DNA of 36,871 nt. It comes from a virus (Duplodnaviria > Caudoviricetes). Positions 1-6,793 of the stretch are shown here, piece by piece. The notes beneath the pieces are model-generated. The model was not told the origin of the DNA, did no database searches, and saw only the letters and a list, made by a program, of their open reading frames with translations. The first letter of the stretch is position 1. The number at the start of each line of letters is the position of its first letter. Where the stretch lies: positions 1-36,871 of the IMG/VR virus record IMGVR_UViG_3300037692_000098. One strand, given 5' to 3'. The position numbers and the translations under genes are program-made.

Positions 1-69
1 AGGCGTGGGGGCCGGTATCGTGTCGACGGGGGGCCGTTGAACGCGTTCCGGGAACGGTTCGGACTATAG
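1..69 (+). CDS. 3' end of a truncated upstream gene (...RRGGRYRVDGGPLNAFRERFGL*)
   Basis: Frame 1 is open from the window edge to TAG 67-69; same stop-codon/ribozyme junction as at 963-965. Confidence 0.6.
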   Translation, partial: RRGGRYRVDGGPLNAFRERFGL

Positions 70-125
70 GACGAAACGGCCGCCCCCGGCGGCCGTCTAG
101 GGGTTGTGCCCCTACTGACGAGTCC
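69..125 (+). ncRNA. Hammerhead ribozyme, type II (HHR1)
   Basis: Stem II GGAC(69-72)/GTCC(122-125); GAAA 73-76; stem III ACGGCCGCC/GGCGGCCGT; GUC cleavage triplet 95-97; stem I TAGGGG/CCCCTA; core CTGACGA 115-121. Confidence 0.95.
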
Positions 126-143
126 AGAATTGAGGAGTCACCT

Positions 144-965
144 ATGGACACGAAAACTGCTTACCGTTGCTGGCGCTTGCGCGGGTATCCCGCGCAAGAG
201 TCACTTGCGTTCGCCCGTCGCGACATAACCGATAAGGTCCGCCGGTACGTTCCCGAACGCCCTAGCCTGACTTGGCAACCGAACGACCCGAAAACCGCCT
301 ATGTGTACACGCCAGAGGCGTTCGGGTTGCGCCTTGTTGGTCGCGTCGCGGCGGATACGCCGCGCGGCAATATCTGGGATACGTCCGAGTCTTGCGGTTG
401 GTACACGGACCCGGACGAAATGTCCGCGCGCGATGGAACGGGCCTTTGTTGGGGCGTGGTCTACCAGTTGCCGGGCCGCCATGGTCGCGCCCGGTTTGTC
501 GCCGGCTATCAGTTCGGCGGGACGGACGGGGGGCCGCTTGTCGACTTCGGCAAGATATTCGAGTCCGCGTCCGATTGGAACGCGGCGCGCGCGGCCTCCT
601 ATGCGGCCGACTCCATGGCGCGGACGGCCGCCGAAAAGGAAAAGGACTATCAGACCGCGTGGTTGTGCGGGCAAGCCTACGCGGACGCGGGGGAAGAGAT
701 CGAGCGACTCCGCACGGAGATCAAAGAGGCAATCCGGCAATGGCGTGACGCCAAGGCCGCCTTGCCGAACGCGGAAACCCGTTTCGGCCGGCTTTGCGCC
801 TTGATCCGGGACGACGTGGCGGACGCCTTGGCGGATATCCGCGCGGCACGGGAAACTCGCCGCAAGGCTATCGAAGGGGAAGCCTATGGGCATTCGGTCT
901 ACATGGGGGAAATCGAGCAAGGGGCCTTTTGTGAGGCGACCGGACTCGAGACAATGCCGGCTTAG
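144..965 (+). CDS. Hypothetical early protein (273 aa) flanked by two hammerheads
   Basis: GAGGAG RBS then ATG; helical coiled-coil-like C-terminal half; no family recognised. Confidence 0.85.
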   Translation: MDTKTAYRCWRLRGYPAQESLAFARRDITDKVRRYVPERPSLTWQPNDPKTAYVYTPEAFGLRLVGRVAADTPRGNIWDTSESCGWYTDPDEMSARDGTGLCWGVVYQLPGRHGRARFVAGYQFGGTDGGPLVDFGKIFESASDWNAARAASYAADSMARTAAEKEKDYQTAWLCGQAYADAGEEIERLRTEIKEAIRQWRDAKAALPNAETRFGRLCALIRDDVADALADIRAARETRRKAIEGEAYGHSVYMGEIEQGAFCEATGLETMPA

Positions 966-1019
966 GACGAAACGGCCGCCGCGCGGCCGTCTAGGGGTTG
1001 TGCCCCTACTGACGAGTCC
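965..1019 (+). ncRNA. Hammerhead ribozyme, type II (HHR2)
   Basis: GGAC(965-968)-GAAA-stem III ACGGCCGC/GCGGCCGT-C991-stem I TAGGGG/CCCCTA-CTGACGA(1009-1015)-GTCC; differs from HHR1 only at the tip of stem III. Confidence 0.95.
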
Positions 1020-1035
1020 AACAAGAGGAGTCCTC

Positions 1036-1485
1036 ATGACCAAACCCAAGGAAAACCCGCGCGCCTTCATAGTCGCGTATCGGGACAAATTCGGGTTTCC
1101 CAAGTTCGCTATGCCGGGCTTTTTCGATGCGTCCGAAGCGGCGGCCCTAGCCGATATTGATCCGGCCTATGAAGCCTTGCGGTATTCCGACTATATCCAG
1201 CAAGCGGACATTGACGATTTGTCCGAACGTAAAGGCCGCGCGCGGGAACATCTCGCCCCGGCAAAGCCGGCCCGCGTTGCGGTTGTTACGGGAACGTTTC
1301 CCGAACCGCGCGCGGCCGTCACGGCTAAACTGTTGTCCGCCGGCTATGCGGTTCGGGCGGCCGTGACGGGGGCAACGACTCACGTTGTCGCGGGGGACCA
1401 TCCCGGCGGGAAGGTAAAGGCCGCCCGGTATTACGGGATACCGGTCCTAAGCTTGCCGGACGCCTTGGCGGCCGCGCATGAATAG
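1036..1485 (+). CDS. Small protein with C-terminal BRCT domain (LigA-type)
   Basis: GAGGAG RBS, ATG 1036; VVTGTF...R...G..V..AVT..TTHVVAG..PGGKVKAA...GIPVL matches the BRCT pattern. Confidence 0.85.
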   Translation: MTKPKENPRAFIVAYRDKFGFPKFAMPGFFDASEAAALADIDPAYEALRYSDYIQQADIDDLSERKGRAREHLAPAKPARVAVVTGTFPEPRAAVTAKLLSAGYAVRAAVTGATTHVVAGDHPGGKVKAARYYGIPVLSLPDALAAAHE

Positions 1486-1687
1486 GCGTGATCAAGACCG
1501 CTTGCGCGGCATACTGGCGGCCGATAGGGCGGCCCGCGTGCTCCAATGGGCAAGCCTAGCCGGGGGCGTTCTGGCGGCCTTCAAATACGGGCTGGCGGCC
1601 CTAATCCTAGCCGGGGCCTTGTCCGCCATGTTCCGGCTGGCACGTCCGACCCTGCCCCCCGATCTAGAGCGGCAGATTTATCGCTAA
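1478..1687 (+). CDS. Small membrane protein (69 aa)
   Basis: Overlaps upstream stop; hydrophobic segments; followed by a terminator. Confidence 0.7.
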   Translation: MNRRDQDRLRGILAADRAARVLQWASLAGGVLAAFKYGLAALILAGALSAMFRLARPTLPPDLERQIYR

Positions 1688-1695
1688 GCGAGCGT

Positions 1696-1729
1696 AAGGC
1701 CCCCGGCGGTAACCGGGGGCCTTTTCCTT
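1696..1729 (+). terminator. Intrinsic terminator
   Basis: AAGGCCCCCGG-CGGTAA-CCGGGGGCCTT then TTCCTT. Confidence 0.8.
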
Positions 1730-1868
1730 GCCCCCACACGGCCGAAACGACGGCCGGCGGACAACCCCCCACAAATCACAGTCAGGCCCCTACACGGCCC
1801 GCTCTAGGACCGTCCGTGTACACGTCCGCGCCCGATCCGGGGGCCGCCGGGGGTGACGGGCGACGGTA

Positions 1869-1899
1869 GAACAAAGCATGAACAGAACAAACCATGAAC
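1869..1899. promoter_or_regulatory. Two tandem alphaproteobacterial LexA (SOS) boxes
   Basis: GAAC-AAAGCAT-GAAC (1869-1883) and GAAC-AAACCAT-GAAC (1885-1899) fit GAAC-N7-GAAC; intergenic. Confidence 0.7.
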
Positions 1900-2160
1900 A
1901 GAATTATTCGAGCGCGGCCGCCGGTACGCGCGCGGCGATCCGGAAGCGAGCGACCACGGCCGTACTTCGGAGGCGCTGCCGGTACGCGCCCACTACTTCG
2001 GGGACCTAACGCAACACCATACTTTGGTGGCCCAACGCGATATCGGGCTGCGAAACTTTGGCCGGCTAGCCCGTTCTCGATTTTTTCGCCAGTCAGCTAC
2101 CGGATCGGCCTCGGCCGTGCGATTATTCAAGCGTAGGCCATCAAATCGAAGGGAACGACC

Positions 2161-2448
2161 ATGACTGCCCCAACCATGCGCGCCAAGATGCGCGTCGCCG
2201 ACATCAACTCGTATCCGAGGACCGGCGAGGTCTCTCAGGAAACGCTCACCATGTACGCCGTTGGCCGCTCCGAAGGCTATCCCGAGGACGGCAGCGACGA
2301 GAACAACACCTACGCCCGTTTCACGCCATCTGGCCGGCTCGAACTGTCCATCGCCAACCCGACGCTCTTCGGCAAGTTCAAGGTTGATGACGAGTATTAC
2401 GTGGACTTCACGCTGGCCAAAGCCGTCGAACCGAAAGCCGGATCGTAA
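2161..2448 (+). CDS. Hypothetical phage protein (95 aa)
   Basis: GAAGGGA RBS, typical high-GC codon usage, beta-rich sequence ending EYYVDFT. Confidence 0.8.
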   Translation: MTAPTMRAKMRVADINSYPRTGEVSQETLTMYAVGRSEGYPEDGSDENNTYARFTPSGRLELSIANPTLFGKFKVDDEYYVDFTLAKAVEPKAGS

Positions 2449-2457
2449 AGGCCCGAC

Positions 2458-2505
2458 AAAAAAGATCGCCGGGACGATGGGGGCCAGCCCACGTCCCGGC
2501 GATCT
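2458..2505 (-). terminator. Intrinsic terminator facing the - strand
   Basis: 14-bp stem AGATCGCCGGGACG/CGTCCCGGCGATCT with an A6 run on its left (U-tract on - strand). Confidence 0.6.
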
Positions 2506-2571
2506 CACTCTGGAGTCCTCTGCCGTCCATCCGGGGGGATGAACGCGAGGAATTTAGAGGAAACCTGACCC

Positions 2572-2715
2572 ATGAGCAAGATCGAAAAACGACCCGACCG
2601 ACAACCCGTCCGGCAAATCGAGGCCGAGGCTGTTTCCCGGATCAACCGATTGCCGCCGGGCACTTTGGCGACCCCGCCAGTACCCGTGTTGACGCGCCCG
2701 CCCAAATCACCGTAA
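2572..2715 (+). CDS. Small ORF (47 aa, MSKIEKRPDRQ...PPKSP), below ORF-track cutoff
   Basis: GAGGA RBS upstream of ATG 2572; terminator downstream. Confidence 0.45.
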   Translation: MSKIEKRPDRQPVRQIEAEAVSRINRLPPGTLATPPVPVLTRPPKSP

Positions 2716-2750
2716 ATGGGCCGTCAGGAAAGCGTAGTCCCAAACGCGGG

Positions 2751-2798
2751 GGCCGAGATCGCATACGCTCTAGGGTGGACCGCGATCTCGGCCTTTTT
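2751..2798 (+). terminator. Intrinsic terminator
   Basis: GGCCGAGATCGC/GCGATCTCGGCC 12-bp stem followed by TTTTT. Confidence 0.7.
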
Positions 2799-2973
2799 CC
2801 AAAACGGATTCGTCCAAACGGATTCGACTTTTTGAAAATCGAGAGGGGGGTTGAGCGAACCCCGAGCGAAAAAGACCCGGCGGGTTAGGCCGGGCCAAGT
2901 GCTTCGGGAAGCCGACCATGCCGACCGGCGACTTCGGTACTCTAGCCCGGCGTCGAAAAAATTGGAAGGGCGA

Positions 2974-3002
2974 CTTGACTGGCAACTTTCGGTAGCCTAT
3001 GT
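2974..3002 (+). promoter_or_regulatory. Sigma70-type promoter
   Basis: CTTGAC-N17-CTATGT, near the rhizobial RpoD consensus CTTGAC-N17-CTATAT, about 40 nt before ATG 3042. Confidence 0.8.
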
Positions 3003-3041
3003 AGGGCGGGTACGGCTAACCCCAACCGAAGGAACTAAGCC

Positions 3042-4184
3042 ATGAACACCCTGATGCAAGTCTCCAACCAGTGGGCCACTCGTCCGGCTGACGAACGCTT
3101 CACGTCCCTCCCCGAATTGCTGAACAAGGTCGATGGCCAGCGTCAGCGCTCACTCTCGACCGTCGTCTCGTCGCGCCAGATCAAGGTGCAGCCGGCCGCC
3201 GCCGATGAGCGCAAGGGCATTGAGATCATCGGACCGAACGGTAAGCCTGCCATCCCGACCCATTGGTCGTTCGGCCAGCTTGCTTCGCTCTCCGGCGCTC
3301 CTGCGTCCTACCTGCGCAAGCTCCCGGCACCGCTCGTCGCAGACTGCATGAACTATGGCCTGCGCTTCAACCGCGATGCCGAGGACGTTGGCGTGTTGCT
3401 GACCAAGGAAGACGCCGAAGGTCCGGCCATCGGCTCCGTCGGCACTGGTCAGGTCTCCCGCTTCGAGCTTCGTGCCGCCACTGGTCCCGGCTACGGCCGC
3501 GTCTGGAACTCCGAGATCGTTGAAGCCTTGATGCACAAGTTCGGCGACGGCCGCACGGGCGACTTCCGCGTGCCGGGCGAGTTCGGCAAAGAGGTCGACA
3601 TCACCAAGGCCAACACGACGATCTACGGCAGCGACCGCGACATCTTCGTCTTCCTCGCGGACGAGAAGCACCGCATCGACATGCCGAACCGTCGCAATGG
3701 CGAAACCGGCTCGCTCGCACGCGGCTTCTTCGTCTGGAACTCCGAGGTCGGTTCGCAGTCCATCGGCGCAGCGTTCTTCCTGTTTGACTACGTGTGCCAG
3801 AACCGCATCGTCTGGGGCGTGCAGGACTTCAAGGAAATGCGCCTGCGTCATACCAAGTCGGCCCCGGATCGGTGGCTGGAAGAGATCAGCCCGGTCTTGG
3901 TCGAGTATTCGAACGCCTCGTCCGCCCCGGTCATGGAGACCATCAAGGCGGCTCAGGATAAGAAGTTCGCCGACGATCTCGACGACTTCCTCGCCAAGCG
4001 TTTCACCAAGTCCGAGGCGACCGCCGTCAAGGCCGCCCACGAACGGGAAGAGGGTCGGCCTATCGAGACCCTGTGGGACGTGGTGACAGGCGTCACGGCG
4101 CATGCCAAGACGCTCCCGCATCAGGATAGCCGCGTCGCCATGGAACGGGTCGGCGGCAAAATCCTCGATCTCGTCGCAGCCTAA
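3042..4184 (+). CDS. DUF932/DUF945-family protein
   Basis: W..RPADERF.SL, PTHWSFGQL, LRAATGP.YGR, RGFFVWNSEVG, VC.NR..WG motifs; AAGGA RBS. Confidence 0.85.
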   Translation: MNTLMQVSNQWATRPADERFTSLPELLNKVDGQRQRSLSTVVSSRQIKVQPAAADERKGIEIIGPNGKPAIPTHWSFGQLASLSGAPASYLRKLPAPLVADCMNYGLRFNRDAEDVGVLLTKEDAEGPAIGSVGTGQVSRFELRAATGPGYGRVWNSEIVEALMHKFGDGRTGDFRVPGEFGKEVDITKANTTIYGSDRDIFVFLADEKHRIDMPNRRNGETGSLARGFFVWNSEVGSQSIGAAFFLFDYVCQNRIVWGVQDFKEMRLRHTKSAPDRWLEEISPVLVEYSNASSAPVMETIKAAQDKKFADDLDDFLAKRFTKSEATAVKAAHEREEGRPIETLWDVVTGVTAHAKTLPHQDSRVAMERVGGKILDLVAA

Positions 4185-4249
4185 ACAGGGACGACGAGTG
4201 TTCCCCGGCGCGGAGACGACTCCTCCCCCGCACCGGGGGGCTATAAGAG

Positions 4250-4360
4250 GACAGGTTTCGAGGGTCGGGCTTACTTCAAGTGTGGCATGGGGCGCGTTCC
4301 CACCGCAGACTGAAGAACAAGGCTCGGCGCGCAAGGGTCGCCCGCCCCTCGTGACCTGTC
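4250..4360 (+). ncRNA. Putative structured RNA (long stem with three-way junction)
   Basis: GACAGGTT.CGAGGG.CGGGC pairs with GCCCG.CCCTCG.GACCTGTC and encloses two inner helices; G-U wobbles favour the + strand. Confidence 0.55.
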
Positions 4361-4387
4361 ACAACGAATTTCACCGGACGGGATTGC

Positions 4388-4858
4388 ATGGACATCCAGA
4401 CCTTCCTTCGCCAGCGGATTGAGGCGTGGGGCCAGATCGGCCACCCGGCCTTGATGGAGCGCTTCATCGACCGCAACGGCACCGTCTTCCAGCCACGTCC
4501 CTTCGCGGGCCTGCGCATGATGCCGACGCTATGCTTCCAGAACTGCATGGACCTGCTGTTCATGCAGGCAGGGCGCGGACTGCTCTACGCTGAAGGCTAC
4601 GGTTGGCGGCAGGACTTCCCGTTGCTGATACACCACGCGTGGCTGGTGACGCCCGACGGCAAGGTAGTCGATCCAACGTGGGTGCACCCCGAGACCTACC
4701 AGTACATCGGGATCAGTCTGCCGCGCGACGAGGCGTGGGCGGTGGTCGAAGAGGCCGATCACTACAGCGTGCTCGACCCCGGCATGATCAATCTCGACTG
4801 GATGTTCGGCCGCGACCCCGGCCTACGTGACTTTCTACCCGAACCGAGAAGCGCATGA
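4388..4858 (+). CDS. Putative transglutaminase/papain-like (Cys-His-Asp) protein
   Basis: CFQNC...YAEGY...IHHAWLV...VVDPTW motif spacing. Confidence 0.6.
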   Translation: MDIQTFLRQRIEAWGQIGHPALMERFIDRNGTVFQPRPFAGLRMMPTLCFQNCMDLLFMQAGRGLLYAEGYGWRQDFPLLIHHAWLVTPDGKVVDPTWVHPETYQYIGISLPRDEAWAVVEEADHYSVLDPGMINLDWMFGRDPGLRDFLPEPRSA

Positions 4859-5097
4859 CCAGTCAACGCCGAGAGCCGGAAGTTATCGACGGTCGAATTT
4901 ACCCGCGAGAAGATATGTCCGACCCAATCCACGCGAAGCTGTCGGAGATCGCGGGTAAAATGGACCCGACGTTGCTGCGCTTGTTGTTGATCGAGGTCTA
5001 CGGATACTTTGATTTCCCGAAGCCGATCAACCGCTTCTGGCCGACAGTAAAGTTGCAGGAGTTCATCCTGCGTGCCGAAAGGATTTTGGCCCGATGA
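4855..5097 (+). CDS. Hypothetical protein
   Basis: ATGA overlaps at both ends. Confidence 0.65.
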   Translation: MTSQRREPEVIDGRIYPREDMSDPIHAKLSEIAGKMDPTLLRLLLIEVYGYFDFPKPINRFWPTVKLQEFILRAERILAR

Positions 5098-5528
5098 CCG
5101 AGACCACACTGACACAGGACATCTACGCGGCGCTTCAGCGAGCCTTGACCGGGCCGAAGACCGGCGATACGCGCCGATACGGAACCTCGGCTGACCGACT
5201 CGAATATCTCACAGACGCGGTTATGATTGCTATCCGGAAGCGCAACGCCCGAACTGATCTGACAATCAATGGCATCACCTACCGCAAGATCGATGTCGTC
5301 AAGGCACTGGCGGTTTATCAGTCATCCAAGGGCGCGCTGGAACAGTGCCAACGCATGCTCGACGACGCGCTGCCAAAGTTCAATTGGGGGGCCTCAGCGC
5401 TCGATGCCAACGCGGTCAAACTGCTGAACGACGCCCCGATAGCCGTTCGACTCGCCCTCTCGAAATACGAGCGGCGCGAAACAGATTCGGTTCAACGAAA
5501 TCGCCCTCTTGGAAAGGACCCAACATGA
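5094..5528 (+). CDS. Hypothetical protein
   Basis: ATGA overlaps; contains LPKFNWGASALDANA. Confidence 0.75.
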   Translation: MTETTLTQDIYAALQRALTGPKTGDTRRYGTSADRLEYLTDAVMIAIRKRNARTDLTINGITYRKIDVVKALAVYQSSKGALEQCQRMLDDALPKFNWGASALDANAVKLLNDAPIAVRLALSKYERRETDSVQRNRPLGKDPT

Positions 5529-5977
5529 GCGAGAAAGACCAACTGCAAGCCGCCGTCGAGCGCATCCACGACGAGAACGACTTCGCCGCCGGCATCAGCG
5601 ACCTCGTACTTGAACAAGCCTCCGACCGTGCGGCCAACCCCGGCAAGCCCGTAGCGTATGAGCGTCCGGTCGTCGATCAGGTCTCGGAAATGACCGCCTT
5701 TCGCTCCATGGCCGCCGGATACGAGGCGTTCATCGCCGACGTAGACAAACGCAATAGGCTCATCGACGAGGAAGTCAAAAAGCTCCACGCCCGAGCCGTC
5801 GAACTGCTGGACACCAAGAAGGCTAACCAAGCCGTCCGGGCGTCCAAGGTCACGAAGCTGGCCGGAGTTCGCCAGACAATCCGCCAGATCGAGGACGCCG
5901 ACCGCGCCCGTGCCCGCGCGGCCGAAGATGCTGAAGCCGCCAAGGCCCGGCAGGACGAAGACCGGAGCCTCCAATGA
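5525..5977 (+). CDS. Hypothetical coiled-coil protein
   Basis: AAGGA RBS, ATG 5525 (ATGA overlap). Confidence 0.75.
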   Translation: MSEKDQLQAAVERIHDENDFAAGISDLVLEQASDRAANPGKPVAYERPVVDQVSEMTAFRSMAAGYEAFIADVDKRNRLIDEEVKKLHARAVELLDTKKANQAVRASKVTKLAGVRQTIRQIEDADRARARAAEDAEAAKARQDEDRSLQ

Positions 5978-6219
5978 CCACCCGGATCGAGAACCAGCTA
6001 ATCGCTATCGTGCACGAGTTCGACGACTCGGCTCCGGTTCCGACGCCGGAGACCGTCATCGGCGAACTTGGATTCGACAGCCTCTGGATCGTAGAGATCA
6101 TGCTGGCTTGTGAAAACGAGTGGCCGGGAACCCACTTCGACGAGGACGACGTTGAGTTCTTCACGGGGTCGATCCATGGCCTCGCGATCCTCGTCGAAGA
6201 ACGACTGGCGGCGCTCTGA
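5974..6219 (+). CDS. Acyl carrier protein-like
   Basis: 81 aa, very acidic, ELGFDSLWIVEIMLACENEW matches the ACP phosphopantetheine site (LGxDSL...E). Confidence 0.8.
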   Translation: MTTRIENQLIAIVHEFDDSAPVPTPETVIGELGFDSLWIVEIMLACENEWPGTHFDEDDVEFFTGSIHGLAILVEERLAAL

Positions 6220-6572
6220 TGGCGCAACGCTTCACCGTCACCGTCGACCCGGAGCAAATCCGGCAGTTCGAAACGGACTACGCCGGCTACCAACGGCGAC
6301 TGTACGATGAGATTTTCCGGACCTTGGGTCTGCACGAGGGAGATATGACCAGCGAACGCCCTCCGGAACCCGAGCCACGCCAGAAGGTTGGGCTCTGGTA
6401 CTCCCCGTCGGTCGACGAAATCCACGTCCACTACGGGCCGCGCGTGCTTCTCGACGAACACGCCCGACCGGCGAACGTCGCACCTGATGCGTCCGGTAGG
6501 TGGGAAACCATGGATGACGCGCTGGATCACTTCAAGCACGTCGACGACGTTTTCGCGAGGATGGAACCATGA
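6219..6572 (+). CDS. Hypothetical protein
   Basis: TGATG overlap, operonic. Confidence 0.7.
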   Translation: MAQRFTVTVDPEQIRQFETDYAGYQRRLYDEIFRTLGLHEGDMTSERPPEPEPRQKVGLWYSPSVDEIHVHYGPRVLLDEHARPANVAPDASGRWETMDDALDHFKHVDDVFARMEP

Positions 6573-6793
6573 ACGAGTACCCAAAACGCACGTCATGCGT
6601 CACCGTCGTATTCATCGACGGCGAAGCGAAGCAATACGAAATCAATGCCGGCTCGGGCATAAGTCAATATCTCGCACAACAGGTAGGCGCTACGGGCGTG
6701 TTGACGTTGCTCAACGGAGCGCAGACCTACAATATACCTGTGACGCAAATCCGCGAATACAGCATCACGGAAAACGAAGAGAAGCAGTCATGA
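6569..6793 (+). CDS. Hypothetical protein
   Basis: ATGA overlaps. Confidence 0.75.
   Translation: MNEYPKRTSCVTVVFIDGEAKQYEINAGSGISQYLAQQVGATGVLTLLNGAQTYNIPVTQIREYSITENEEKQS

Noticed and set aside
98-991. Excised RNA length (894 nt) is a multiple of 3, suggesting rolling-circle translation
   Set aside because: The ORF's TAG at 963-965 lies inside the putative circle
886-1035. 5' extension of ORF 886..1485
   Set aside because: Runs through the previous gene and HHR2; the GAGGAG RBS points to ATG 1036
120-1381. About 11 GASTC (CcrM-type GANTC) sites in 1.3 kb
   Set aside because: Four come from the ribozyme/RBS repeats; the remaining excess is modest and untested
2799-2970. AAACGGATTCG direct repeat, small hairpins and ORF 2851..3045
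   Set aside because: Short, no assignable function; the ORF overlaps the promoter and lacks an RBS
4310-4316. CTGAAGA hammerhead-like core in the structured RNA
   Set aside because: No correctly placed GAAA, stems or NUH; other CTGANGA matches lie in coding sequence without flanking helices
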